The notes under the pieces: generated by a model | The model's input: the letters and a program-made list of their open reading frames with translations, nothing else | Databases searched by the model: none | What the model was told of the DNA's origin: nothing | Assembly (NCBI GenBank): GCA_044226625.1 | Contig: JBGAGQ010000025.1 | Location: forward strand, 1-64,000 | Length of the DNA stretch: 64,000 nucleotides | Direction: 5' to 3' | Source of the DNA: Thermoanaerobaculia bacterium | Lineage (GTDB): Bacteria; Acidobacteriota; Thermoanaerobaculia; Multivoradales; UBA5704 | Shown here: piece by piece, positions 36,789 through 46,331 of the stretch | How the letters are laid out: each line of letters begins with the position of its first letter | How positions within the stretch are numbered: the stretch's first letter is position 1 | Position numbers and translations under genes: made by a program

Positions 36789-38744
36789 ATGGTGAAACGA
36801 ACGGCCCTAGGGCTCGTCGCGATTCTCGCACTGACCCTCGGTGCGGGCGTCGCGCACGCGGGCGGCTTTCAGCTGGTGACCGACATCACCGGCCGGGTGC
36901 CGTCGTCGATCGCGGGTCAGGTGTACGGCAACTTCGTGCCGCTGCGCATGGATCCGCGTTGCATCCCGATGGTCTTCCGGGTGAACAACACGCAGGATCC
37001 CGTTCCGAACCCGCTGGGTGCGGCGTTCTTGACCGTCGCCGCGGCGAAGACCGAGATCCAGACGGCGATGGACCAGTGGAACCAGATCCCGACCTCCTAT
37101 ATCCAGTTCCAGTTGGGCGCGGACTACGCCAACGCCGGCGTTCGCAAGTTCGACACGATCAACGAGATCACGTTCCGGACCGGCGCGGGCTTTACCGGCA
37201 TCTCCTCGAGCATCCCGACCCGCCTGGTCGAGCTCTCGACCTTCGCCAACGGCAACGACCTCGACGGTGACGGCGACTCCGACGTTTCGGACACGATCTC
37301 GACCTGCACCGACGTCGACAGTGACGGCGACGTCGAGTGGCCGGCGGGCGACTATCCGGGCGGCACGATCCTCGACATGGACATCGTCATCAACACGAAG
37401 GCCTCGAACGGCTGGCGCTTCACGACCACCTCGGACGTCGGCCAGCTGACCGCGAACATCGATCCGCGGTCGACCGACTTCAACAAGGAGATGGTCTTCC
37501 GTTTCGGCTTCGCGATGGGGCTCACGGTCTCGACGATTCCGAACCAGAACGACCTGACGAACCCGAACGACGCCTCGATGTACAACTTCTTCGATTTCGA
37601 CGACCCGCTCTACTTCTTGAACCTGCGGACGCTCGAGCAGGACGACATCATCGCCGCCTCGACCCTCTATCCCGAGGGGACCGCGGCCTCCGGTCCGGCC
37701 GCGCTCCAGGCGGGCGACGTGGCGTTCAGCAGCGTGTACGGCAAGATCGAGGGCAACGTCACCCACGGCAACCTCAACCTGCCGGTGCTCGGCGGCGACG
37801 TAACGGCGATCGACCACACGACCCGCAACCTGGTCGACGCGGTGTACGTGGGCAACGCCCGCGTCGCGGTCAACACGACGACGCTCGCCTCGACGACGCT
37901 GCCGGCGGCCGAAGGGGTCGTCGACGGCAAGTACAGCCTCGTAGTGCCGTTCGGCACCTACGACGTGAACCTCGAAGCGGTGGACTTCTTCCCGCAGGGC
38001 GTCGCCTCGGTCGGCTCGGTCGCGAGCTTGGGCGGCACCTACGGCTTGAACGCGTTCCCCGAGGAGTTTTGGAACGGAGCGGCCGAATCGGCGAAGGAGG
38101 TCAGTCCGGGAGACAGCACCCCGGTGACCGTCACCGCCGCGGCGCCGCTGGTTTCCAACGTCAACTTCATCACCAACCGCATCACCGCGGTCACCAACGC
38201 CGGTCCGCCGAACATGACCGACTTCAACGACACGCCGGGCTCCTGCTACGCGGTCGACTTCCCGATCAGCCAGCTCGCCGCGGCCGACGCCAGCCGTGAG
38301 CTGCCGCTGACCACGGGCATCATCGAAGGCGTTTCGGGCGACCAGTCGCAGGCCTGCGTCATGCAGCAGCTCTGGCTTGCGTTCGGCACGGTCAAGGGGA
38401 CCAACGCGAACATCAACCTGGCCCAGCCGCTCGACACGACGACGAACTTCGGTATCCAGCAGTTCGAGCGTATGCCCTGGTTCTTCACCCGCAAGAACCT
38501 GTCGAAGAAGATCTTCGACGCCTATCGCCTCGGCACCCAGACCCACGTGTTCCTGGTCGCGAAGACCCCGAACACGCCGTCGACCCCGAACTTCAGCAAC
38601 AAGTCGAACCGCCCGGCGGTCGACATGCGGAGCGACGGTTTCGTGCCGTCCGGTCTCTCCTACATCTCGACCGACTGCGTGACCTTCACGGAGAGCCCGA
38701 ACTACTTCTGGGAGTTCGACCTCCACTTCAGCGAAAAGCCGTAA
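36789..38744 (+). CDS. Secreted matrixin-like (metzincin-fold) protein with a degenerate zinc site
   Basis: Signal peptide; AMDQWNQIP, DTINEITF, ILDMDIVIN, Met-turn-like ASMY, LEQDDIIAASTLYP. The expected HExGHxxGLxH position reads FRFGFAMGLTV. Confidence 0.7.
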   Translation: MVKRTALGLVAILALTLGAGVAHAGGFQLVTDITGRVPSSIAGQVYGNFVPLRMDPRCIPMVFRVNNTQDPVPNPLGAAFLTVAAAKTEIQTAMDQWNQIPTSYIQFQLGADYANAGVRKFDTINEITFRTGAGFTGISSSIPTRLVELSTFANGNDLDGDGDSDVSDTISTCTDVDSDGDVEWPAGDYPGGTILDMDIVINTKASNGWRFTTTSDVGQLTANIDPRSTDFNKEMVFRFGFAMGLTVSTIPNQNDLTNPNDASMYNFFDFDDPLYFLNLRTLEQDDIIAASTLYPEGTAASGPAALQAGDVAFSSVYGKIEGNVTHGNLNLPVLGGDVTAIDHTTRNLVDAVYVGNARVAVNTTTLASTTLPAAEGVVDGKYSLVVPFGTYDVNLEAVDFFPQGVASVGSVASLGGTYGLNAFPEEFWNGAAESAKEVSPGDSTPVTVTAAAPLVSNVNFITNRITAVTNAGPPNMTDFNDTPGSCYAVDFPISQLAAADASRELPLTTGIIEGVSGDQSQACVMQQLWLAFGTVKGTNANINLAQPLDTTTNFGIQQFERMPWFFTRKNLSKKIFDAYRLGTQTHVFLVAKTPNTPSTPNFSNKSNRPAVDMRSDGFVPSGLSYISTDCVTFTESPNYFWEFDLHFSEKP

Positions 38745-38769
38745 CTCCTAGGCCGTTCGCTACGAAACG

Positions 38770-38800
38770 AAAGGCGGGCCGCCAGGCCCGCCTTTTTGTT
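38770..38800. terminator. Rho-independent terminator, probably bidirectional
   Basis: AAAGGCGGGCC-GCCA-GGCCCGCCTTT followed by TTGTT, between convergent genes. Confidence 0.85.
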
Positions 38801-38827
38801 ACCCCCTTCGAGCGCTCTCCGTCCCTT

Positions 38828-40720
38828 CTACCAGGCGATGCCGTAGTCCTCGCCATGATTCGAGGAGCCGCCCCACATCGTGCCGTGGGCGGCGTCGATC
38901 TGGATCGCGTTGATCGGCCCGGACGTGCGCTCTTCGAAATCGAGCCGATAGCCCATCTTCCGCAGCTCGTCGCGTACCCAGGGCGAGGTCGCCTCGGCGA
39001 GCGTGAGGCGCGCGGGCTCGATCTTGTGATCGCCGAACGAGCTGCGCATCTGGTAGGTGTTCCAGTTCGCCGCCTCGGTCGCCTCCTGGACGGTCATCCC
39101 GAACTCGACCACGTTCAAGAAAAACTGCAGCAGGTTCTGGTCCTGGCTGTCGCCCCCCTGCACGGCGAACGCGAGGAACGGCTTGCCCCCCTTCATCGCG
39201 AGCGTCGGGGTGAGGGTCACCCGCGGCCGCTTGCCCGGCTCGACGACGTTGAACGGGCCGTCCTCCGGCGCGGTGACGAAGCTCTGCATCCGCTGCGAAA
39301 GACCGATGCCGGTCTTGCCCGCGATGACCGCCGGCACCCAGGCGCCCGAGGGAGTCATCGAGACGACCCACCCCTCGGCGTCGGACGCGAGCACCGAGGT
39401 CGTCCCGGCATGAAACGCTTCGTCGGCCGTGAGCGACGAGACCTGCCAGCCCGGCCGGTTCGCGCCGGTCGCGGCGCCGGAATTCCACGCCTTCAAGAGA
39501 TCGGGGAATGGGTTCTTCCCGTTCTTTCCCCCGTTGAACGGATACGGATCGCCGGGGCCGAGATCGGAACGGTTCTTCGCCGGATCGAACTGCGACCAGC
39601 GCGCTTTGGCGTATTCCTTCGAGAGCAGCCCCGCGAGCGGCTCGTCCGGCGCGAACGCCGGATCGCCGTAGTAGAAATCGCGATCGGCAAACGCCATGTG
39701 CATCGCCTGAGAGACCGTGTGGACGTAGCGGGCGCTGTCGTAGCCCATCCCTTTGAGGTCCTCCCCTTCGAGCAGGTTGAGCGCCTGGAGCAACGCCGGA
39801 CCCTGCGTCCAGGTGTCGAGCTTCAGGACCTCGATCCCTTTGTAGTCGACCGAGACCGGCTTCTCGAGCTTGACCCGCCAGTTCGCGAGATCGGCCTCGG
39901 TGAAGAGAGCCCCTTGCTCGCGCGCCGCCGCGACCAGCTCACGCGCGAGGTCTCCCTTATAGAAGAGGTCGTAGGCGGCAAGGATCGCCTCGCGGCGGTT
40001 CTTCCCCGCGGCCTTTGCCTTGGCCTCGGCCTCGACCAGCCGGCGGAGCGTCCGCGCGAGATCCGGCTGGCGGAACATCTCGCCCGCGTCCGGCGCCTGG
40101 CGCGCGCGGTCGGCGTGGAGAAGGAAGACCGCCTTCGAATACGGCCAGGCCGAGAGGCGTTCCTGTTGCCGAGCGATCGTGTCGGCGAGCTGCGCCTCGA
40201 TCGGGAAGCCGTCCGCCATCTGGATCGCCGGGGCGAGCACGTCGGCGAGCGATAGCCGCCCCCACTCGGCGAGCATGGTCATCAGGCCGCCGGGGGTTCC
40301 CGGGGTGACCGCCGCGAGCGGACCGTATTCCGGGGGATAGCGAAGCTTCTGTCCGCGGAAGAACTCCGGCGTCGCCCCGGTCGGCGCGACGCCGAGCGCG
40401 TTCAGCGCGACGACCTGGCCGGTCTTCGGGTTGTAGATCAAAGCCTGCGTCTCGCCCCCCCAACTGAGCGTGTCCCACATCGTGCACGCCGCGGCGAGCA
40501 TGGCGGCCGCGGCGTCGACGGCGTTGCCCCCTTTTTGGAACATCATCGAGCCGGCGGTGGCCGCCAGGGGCTTGCCCGTGATCGCGAGCCAGTGAGCGGC
40601 GTGGAGCGGCGGCTTCTGCGTCCGAGCGGACGCCGGGGAGCCGGGGGAGAGGACGAGCGCGACGGCGAGGAGGGAGACGGCGGCGAGCGTGGACGAAACC
40701 GGACGGGTCCTACCGGTCAT
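38828..40720 (-). CDS. ggt: Gamma-glutamyltransferase family protein (secreted)
   Basis: GGNAVDAAAA, AFADRDFYYGDP, nucleophile site GTTSV...VSMTPS, PGKRP..TL.P, GGDSQDQ; GGAGGA RBS before ATG 40720. Confidence 0.9.
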   Translation of the reverse strand: MTGRTRPVSSTLAAVSLLAVALVLSPGSPASARTQKPPLHAAHWLAITGKPLAATAGSMMFQKGGNAVDAAAAMLAAACTMWDTLSWGGETQALIYNPKTGQVVALNALGVAPTGATPEFFRGQKLRYPPEYGPLAAVTPGTPGGLMTMLAEWGRLSLADVLAPAIQMADGFPIEAQLADTIARQQERLSAWPYSKAVFLLHADRARQAPDAGEMFRQPDLARTLRRLVEAEAKAKAAGKNRREAILAAYDLFYKGDLARELVAAAREQGALFTEADLANWRVKLEKPVSVDYKGIEVLKLDTWTQGPALLQALNLLEGEDLKGMGYDSARYVHTVSQAMHMAFADRDFYYGDPAFAPDEPLAGLLSKEYAKARWSQFDPAKNRSDLGPGDPYPFNGGKNGKNPFPDLLKAWNSGAATGANRPGWQVSSLTADEAFHAGTTSVLASDAEGWVVSMTPSGAWVPAVIAGKTGIGLSQRMQSFVTAPEDGPFNVVEPGKRPRVTLTPTLAMKGGKPFLAFAVQGGDSQDQNLLQFFLNVVEFGMTVQEATEAANWNTYQMRSSFGDHKIEPARLTLAEATSPWVRDELRKMGYRLDFEERTSGPINAIQIDAAHGTMWGGSSNHGEDYGIAW

Positions 40721-40794
40721 GCTGGATCCTCCGTGGATGAGCGCCTGGATGAGGGATTTGCTGGCCCGGAGAGAATAGCGCCAGCGAGCGCCGT

Positions 40795-42039
40795 TCAAGA
40801 GCGGGACACGTCGATCTTCGCGGTGCCGGCCGCGCCGAGCCCGGCAGCCCGGCCCGTCGCCCAAGCCCAGGCGAAGTTGTGGCCGCCGATCGGCCCGAAG
40901 GCGTCGAGGATCTCGCCGCATAGAAAAAGGCCGGGGAGCTTCCGGCACTCCATCGTCCGGGGGTCCACCTCCGACAGATGGACCCCCCCTCCGGTCACCT
41001 CCGCCTTGGGGTAGCCCAGGTCGCCGGTCGCCGGCAGGGGATAGCGGGCGAGCGCGGCGATCAGGCGCTTGCGCGCTTCGCGGGTCAATTGGGCAAGCGG
41101 AAGACTGGAGTCGATCGCCGATTCCGCGAGCAGGCGTTCGGCCAAACGGTCCGGCAGGTGGCGCCGGAGAACCGATCCCGTAGTCCCCGAACCGCCGCGG
41201 AGCGCCTCGTCCCAGGCCCGCTCGTCGAGCGCGCACCAACGGACGCGAAGCCTCGGTTCGGCCGCGCCGACCGGTACCCTCGGCCGCGACACTACATCCG
41301 AGAGGTCGAGCACCGCCGGCCCGCTCCATCCCCGGTGGGTGAAGAGAAACCCGCCCTCCGCCGACCGGCCGGTGCCGGGCGCTTCGAGGCGCGCGACGAG
41401 CGAGATGCCGGCGAGGTCCGCGTGCCCTGCCCCAGTGAGCGGGGTGAGAGCCGGGTACGGCGGGACGACCGAGAGACCGAGCCGCCGCGCGACCGCGAGA
41501 CCGGAGCCGTCGCTTCCGGTTCCGGGAAGAGACAGGCCGCCGGTCGCGAGGACGACGCGCGCCGCCCGAAGCGGCGGACCTTTCTCGAAGTGAACTGTCC
41601 AGGTTCCGTCGGCGGAGCGCACGAGATCGGCCATTCGACGGCCGGCGCGGATCTCGACGCCGCCCTGGCGGGCGAGGGCGACGAGCCCGTCGCGCACGTC
41701 GCGGGCGCGGTTCGAAGCGGGAAACCACTTGCCGCTCTCCTCCTCGAACGCGAGCGGCACCCCGACCTCCCGTTCGAAGAACTCCTTCTGCTCGACGAGC
41801 GGCCACGAGGTGAGGATCTTGCGCAGCGTGTTGGGGGAGGAATCGGTCACGAACCGCTCGGGGGCGAGCCGCTCCGGCAGCACGTTGCACCGGCCGCCGC
41901 CCGAGACGAGGATCTTCCGACCGCCGTCCGGTGTCGCCTCGAGCAACACCACGGGCGACTTTCCAGCTCGAGCTGCGAACACCGACGCCACGAGCCCCGC
42001 GGCGCCGGCCCCGACGACGACGATCGGCAGATCGGCCAT
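40795..42039 (-). CDS. HI0933/BaiN-family flavoprotein
   Basis: GAGAAGL, GRKILVSGGGRCN, LATGG.S.P.TGSDG.G, LFTH.G.SGP, VTGGGV, GGHNF..AW.TG. Confidence 0.92.
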   Translation of the reverse strand: MADLPIVVVGAGAAGLVASVFAARAGKSPVVLLEATPDGGRKILVSGGGRCNVLPERLAPERFVTDSSPNTLRKILTSWPLVEQKEFFEREVGVPLAFEEESGKWFPASNRARDVRDGLVALARQGGVEIRAGRRMADLVRSADGTWTVHFEKGPPLRAARVVLATGGLSLPGTGSDGSGLAVARRLGLSVVPPYPALTPLTGAGHADLAGISLVARLEAPGTGRSAEGGFLFTHRGWSGPAVLDLSDVVSRPRVPVGAAEPRLRVRWCALDERAWDEALRGGSGTTGSVLRRHLPDRLAERLLAESAIDSSLPLAQLTREARKRLIAALARYPLPATGDLGYPKAEVTGGGVHLSEVDPRTMECRKLPGLFLCGEILDAFGPIGGHNFAWAWATGRAAGLGAAGTAKIDVSRS

Positions 42040-42113
42040 GGACGGCGGATCTTACTTGGCCGGCCGCAACATCGCGTCGGCCGTAGCGCGCCGACTCCGA
42101 TCAGACGTTCGTT

Positions 42114-42923
42114 CTAACCCAGCGACAGCTCTAGGTCTGGCGCCCAGCCGTCGAGCAGCGGCAACGCCGTGCCCTTGCCGACGCCCCCGGCTTCGAGGGT
42201 CCGGCGCAGCCCCGCGAGCAGACGTTCGAACCGGCTGTAGAGCTGGCGCGCCTCGACGCCGATCTGGCTCGCGATCGCCCGGACGGTGAGCTCCTCCTCG
42301 AAGCGCAGCCGGAGAATCCGGCGGTCGTCCTCGGGCAGCGCGGCGAGCGCGAGCTGGAGCGCCTCGCCCACCCGGGAGGCCGCGCGGTGCCGGTCACGCG
42401 CGACGAGCCGTTCCTCGACCCCGCCGTCGCAAGCGACCTCCTCGACCCGTTCGAGCTGCTCCAGCCGGGGGCGGCGCCGCTGGTTCGGGATGCTCCGGGC
42501 GAGCGCCGCGAGGGAGTCGAGGGAGTGGTCGCCGAGCCCCAGCTCGCGCAGCCGCTCGGCCGCCTCGCGCAGGCTTCTGCCGTCGCGGTGGAGCAGCCGG
42601 TCGAGGGCGATCGCGAGCGGGCCGAGCCGCAGCGCCCGGCGGGAGGGACGCCACTTGCCGTAGCGTTGGATCTGGAAATCGAGGTAGAGCCGTTGCACCA
42701 CGGTGACCAAGTAGGTCTTAAGGGAGCTTCGCCCCTCGAAGTCGCGCAGGACCGCCGCGTCGTCCTCGAGAATCTTCAGGAACGCGAATGCTGCGAAGTC
42801 CTCGATGCTCTCCGAGTCGAGCCGCCGCTTCCGGCGCGCAACGCCGTAGATCGTCTTGTGGATCAGCTCGTAGTGCTCCTCGAACATCGCACGTCCGCCG
42901 CCTCTCGACTCGATCGCAATCAT
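42114..42923 (-). CDS. ECF-type sigma-70 factor with an insertion between regions 2 and 4
   Basis: FEGRSSLKTYL.TVV.RL..D, GKWRPS, LPEDDR.IL.LRF...LT...IA; GGGAGGG RBS before ATG 42923. Confidence 0.8.
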   Translation of the reverse strand: MIAIESRGGGRAMFEEHYELIHKTIYGVARRKRRLDSESIEDFAAFAFLKILEDDAAVLRDFEGRSSLKTYLVTVVQRLYLDFQIQRYGKWRPSRRALRLGPLAIALDRLLHRDGRSLREAAERLRELGLGDHSLDSLAALARSIPNQRRRPRLEQLERVEEVACDGGVEERLVARDRHRAASRVGEALQLALAALPEDDRRILRLRFEEELTVRAIASQIGVEARQLYSRFERLLAGLRRTLEAGGVGKGTALPLLDGWAPDLELSLG

Positions 42924-43200
42924 CGAACCCTCCCGGGTCAAAGCGTCCCCGCCTCCAAGGCGAAACGGGGGGCGTATGGGGCTTTCACCTGGGATCAACG
43001 CCCGGCTGGGGCAAAACGAACAGGTTTCGAACAAAAAAGATGAAATCCCGTATCTGCTCTTCAGAAGCCGGGTGGATTTCCCGAGGAAGCCGGAGGGGCC
43101 CGCCTGGGAGTGGTTGAGATATGCAGAATCGGCGATTGTTCGGGCGTAGCGAGAGGGCTATCATCGGTCCCCTCATTTAGCGAGACGAGAACCGGCCGCC

Positions 43201-43764
43201 ATGTCATCCCCGATGGACTCGACCCGGGGGCTCATTCGCCGAGCCCAGAACGGCGACCTGGAAGCGCGCGAAAAGCTCTGGAAGCGGGTCCGCGACCGTC
43301 TCCACCGCTTGGCCCACGGGCGGCTGCCACGCCACGCCCGCGGTTTGGTCGAGACGGACGATGTGGTCCAGGAGGCTCTGGCCCACACTTTCCGGCGTAT
43401 CGACTTCTTCGATCCGAAGCACAGCGGGGCGTTCAACAAGGTCTTGCAGTTGACGGTCGACCGCTGCCTCGTCGACCAGCATCGGCGCGCGAAACGCCGT
43501 CCGTCTGCCAACGAAACCGCGACCGATCTGGTCGCCCAAGAGCCTTCAGCGATCGAAGAGGCGATCAAGAAGGAGACTCTCGAGCAGGTGATGTCGGCGC
43601 GCGACCGCCTAAGCCCTGAAGATCAGGCGTTGCTCCATGCGCGGCTCGACCTCCAGCTGGATTGGAACGAAGTCGCGCTCTTTTGCCGCAAGGCGAGTAG
43701 CGACGCCGCCCGGGTAGGGGTCCGGCGGGCCATCGTTCGCTTGATCAAGCTGATGGTTCCGTGA
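43201..43764 (+). CDS. ECF-type sigma factor coupled to a kinase gene
   Basis: STRGLI.RA..GD..A...L, ETDDVVQE, LSPEDQ.LL..R; its stop overlaps the kinase start (GTGA). Confidence 0.82.
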   Translation: MSSPMDSTRGLIRRAQNGDLEAREKLWKRVRDRLHRLAHGRLPRHARGLVETDDVVQEALAHTFRRIDFFDPKHSGAFNKVLQLTVDRCLVDQHRRAKRRPSANETATDLVAQEPSAIEEAIKKETLEQVMSARDRLSPEDQALLHARLDLQLDWNEVALFCRKASSDAARVGVRRAIVRLIKLMVP

Positions 43765-46190
43765 GCGACGTCGAGGACAATTCGGCTGGGCAACAAGAGG
43801 GCGACGAGGACGGGGCGAGCGATCCTCGCTTCGACGCCCTGATCGACGCGATCGCTGACGGCCAGTCTATCGATTGGCAGGAAGCGGAAGCGACCGCCGC
43901 GAACGACGAAGAGCGGGAGCGGATCCGCTCGCTCGAAGCGATCTCGGAGATCGCCACCTTTCACCGCGCCTGGCTCGCGGAGGCAGGCCTCACGGGCTCT
44001 CTCGACGACGACGAAGAGGAACCTGCCGAGATCCCGGATCGCTGGGGCGAGCTGGAGATCCTGGAACGGATCGGCCGCGGCTCGTTCGGTGACGTCTACA
44101 AAGCGCGCGAGCCACGCCTCGACCGGATCGTCGCGCTCAAGCTGATCCGCCCTTCGCGGCGAAGGTCGGAACGGGAGGAGGAGACTCTCCGCGAGGGGCG
44201 CCTTCTCGCCCGAGTCCGCCATCCGAACGTGGCCACCGTCCATGGCGCGGCGGGAGCTGAAGGGCGGGTCGGCTTCTGGATGGAATTCCTCGAAGGCAAG
44301 AACCTCGCCCAGCTATTCGAAGAGAAGGGCCGGTTCGAGCCCCGCGAGGCGGCTGAGATCGGAGTCTCCCTCTGCCGCGCGCTGATGGCGGTCCACGGGC
44401 AGGGGATCGTCCACCGCGACGTCAAGGCGCAGAACGTGGTGCGGGAAGAGGATGGGCGGATCGTTCTCACCGACTTCGGTGTCGGTCGCGACGTGCGGCT
44501 CGACGGAGAGGAGACGTCGCTCTCCGGAACGCCCCTCTACCTCGCCCCCGAGCTATTCGAAGGCGAAGCCCCATCGCCGGCTTCCGATCTCTACGCCCTC
44601 GGCGTACTGCTGTTCTACCTCGTGACGGGTGAGTTCCCGATCTCGGGAGGCAGCCTCGACGAACTGCGCGCCGCGCATCGCGAGAGGGAGCGACGCTGGC
44701 TCAAAGAGGTGAGAAAAGACCTGCCCGGCACCTTCGTCGCCGCGGTCGAGCGGGCGCTCGATCGAGATCCGAAGAAACGGGGGGACGAGACGCAGCTCGA
44801 GCGAGAGCTGGGGCGGTTTCTTGGCGAACGGCAGGAACGGAAGCGGAAAATACGACGGTCCCTTCTCGTAGTCGCGATTCTTGCGCTAATTGCCTTAGCG
44901 GCAGTGTGGATCCTTCGAGCGCGTGACCGACGAGAGCTGGCCATCGCGATGGAGGCTTTGAAACAGGCAGATGAGTTTGCCCGTGAAGGTAGGATGCAAG
45001 AGGCAATTCCATACCTGGAAACCGCAAGACGCCATTATCCGAAGCTTCCCGGGATCTATTGGCGATGGATGTCCTTTCAATCGGCCGATGGAAACTACAC
45101 GAGTGCGTTCGAAGCCGCCGAGGTATCGGAGCCGCTGTGTAGGAACTCACCCTCGCGAGATTGCCACCTGGTTCGTGCCTGGAAAGCCGTCCTGTTTCTG
45201 GATTACCGAGAAGCAATACGAGAATTCCGAGCCGTTGGCGACATCCGAGGGGACGATGAAGTCAAGAAGCAAATTGCCTTCGCGCTGTTGAACCTAGGGT
45301 CCCCGGACCAGGCGATGCGCTATGCTGAGGAGATCCAGAACTCGGAGGGGGAGACCGAAGCCAGTTTATTTGCCACCGTGCTTTCAGCTGCGGGTCAAGG
45401 TCAGAAGGCCCTCGCGCTCCTTCCCGATTTGAAGCGACGATTTTCGCCAGATCCCAATGTCTTCTGGCTTGAAGGAACGATCCTCATGGCGATGGGTAAT
45501 GTGACCGGCGCTGAGAGGGTTTTCAGCGACATGGCTTCGCGGCCTCTCGATCCTGGAGATTCGAGCACGGCAAATATTCTTTTGGCGAAGTCGCTGATGT
45601 ACCAGTTGAAGTACCGAGAAGCGCTGACGGCGCTGATTGCTTCTTCGAATGTCGACAATCAGGAGTCCTTTACTCGAAATGCCGCCGTTCGCTCGATTCT
45701 GATCGCCAGATGTTTGGTTCGCTTGAGAAGACCGGATGATGCATCGGAAAAGCTCTCTCAAATTTTGCAATGGCCTCATCTGCCGACGAATCTGAAAATC
45801 TTCCGAAATGCCGCGATGGTCAGCCTCGAAGCGGGAAACATAGCGCTCGCGACGAGGTTCGCCGGAATCGTTCGAGGTCTGGCGCAAGACTATGAAAGCG
45901 ACCTCAGCACGAGCTTCGATCGGCAGCTCCAGGGGGAGCTGGCTCTCCGCCGAGGGGAGGTCCATCTCGCCATGGATGCGAGTCAAGATGCAATGGATCT
46001 TCGGGGCGACCCTCAGATTGCCCTCTCGCGGGCGCGAGTCCTGAAGGCTGAGAATCGATGCGATTCGGCGAGAGACGTTTTGCAAGGAAGAGTGCTTGAG
46101 AAAAGGGGGCTCATCGTGGAAGATTTCTATACCTCCTGGACGATCTACAACGACGCACTCGAGCTCATGGCGAAGTGCTCGGCGAACTGA
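43761..46190 (+). CDS. Ser/Thr protein kinase with TM helix and TPR-like C-terminus
   Basis: IGRGSFGDVY, VALK, HRDVKAQN, DFG, GTPLYLAPE. Confidence 0.92.
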   Translation: MSDVEDNSAGQQEGDEDGASDPRFDALIDAIADGQSIDWQEAEATAANDEERERIRSLEAISEIATFHRAWLAEAGLTGSLDDDEEEPAEIPDRWGELEILERIGRGSFGDVYKAREPRLDRIVALKLIRPSRRRSEREEETLREGRLLARVRHPNVATVHGAAGAEGRVGFWMEFLEGKNLAQLFEEKGRFEPREAAEIGVSLCRALMAVHGQGIVHRDVKAQNVVREEDGRIVLTDFGVGRDVRLDGEETSLSGTPLYLAPELFEGEAPSPASDLYALGVLLFYLVTGEFPISGGSLDELRAAHRERERRWLKEVRKDLPGTFVAAVERALDRDPKKRGDETQLERELGRFLGERQERKRKIRRSLLVVAILALIALAAVWILRARDRRELAIAMEALKQADEFAREGRMQEAIPYLETARRHYPKLPGIYWRWMSFQSADGNYTSAFEAAEVSEPLCRNSPSRDCHLVRAWKAVLFLDYREAIREFRAVGDIRGDDEVKKQIAFALLNLGSPDQAMRYAEEIQNSEGETEASLFATVLSAAGQGQKALALLPDLKRRFSPDPNVFWLEGTILMAMGNVTGAERVFSDMASRPLDPGDSSTANILLAKSLMYQLKYREALTALIASSNVDNQESFTRNAAVRSILIARCLVRLRRPDDASEKLSQILQWPHLPTNLKIFRNAAMVSLEAGNIALATRFAGIVRGLAQDYESDLSTSFDRQLQGELALRRGEVHLAMDASQDAMDLRGDPQIALSRARVLKAENRCDSARDVLQGRVLEKRGLIVEDFYTSWTIYNDALELMAKCSAN

Positions 46191-46254
46191 GGATCCCGCC
46201 AAGCCGTCCCAAGTCCCCCAGTCCGCTTCGCCCACCTTTTTTCTCCTCCCTCCC

Positions 46255-46278
46255 GGAAAAATTCATCCACCCCCGTCT
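46255..46278 (+). promoter_or_regulatory. Possible ECF-type promoter (GGAAAA-N13-CGTCT)
   Basis: Resembles ECF -35 GGAA and -10 CGTC elements; about 55 bp upstream of ORF 46332, next to two ECF genes. Confidence 0.25.
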
Positions 46279-46331
46279 CTCCAGATAGAACCGGCGGCGC
46301 TCAAGCCTGCCGAACTCTTCTGGAGGACATC

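Noticed and set aside
40721-41890. N-terminal 390-aa extension of the GGT ORF (apparent fusion)
   Set aside because: It overlaps the HI0933-family gene in another frame; GGT has its own RBS, ATG (40720) and signal peptide.
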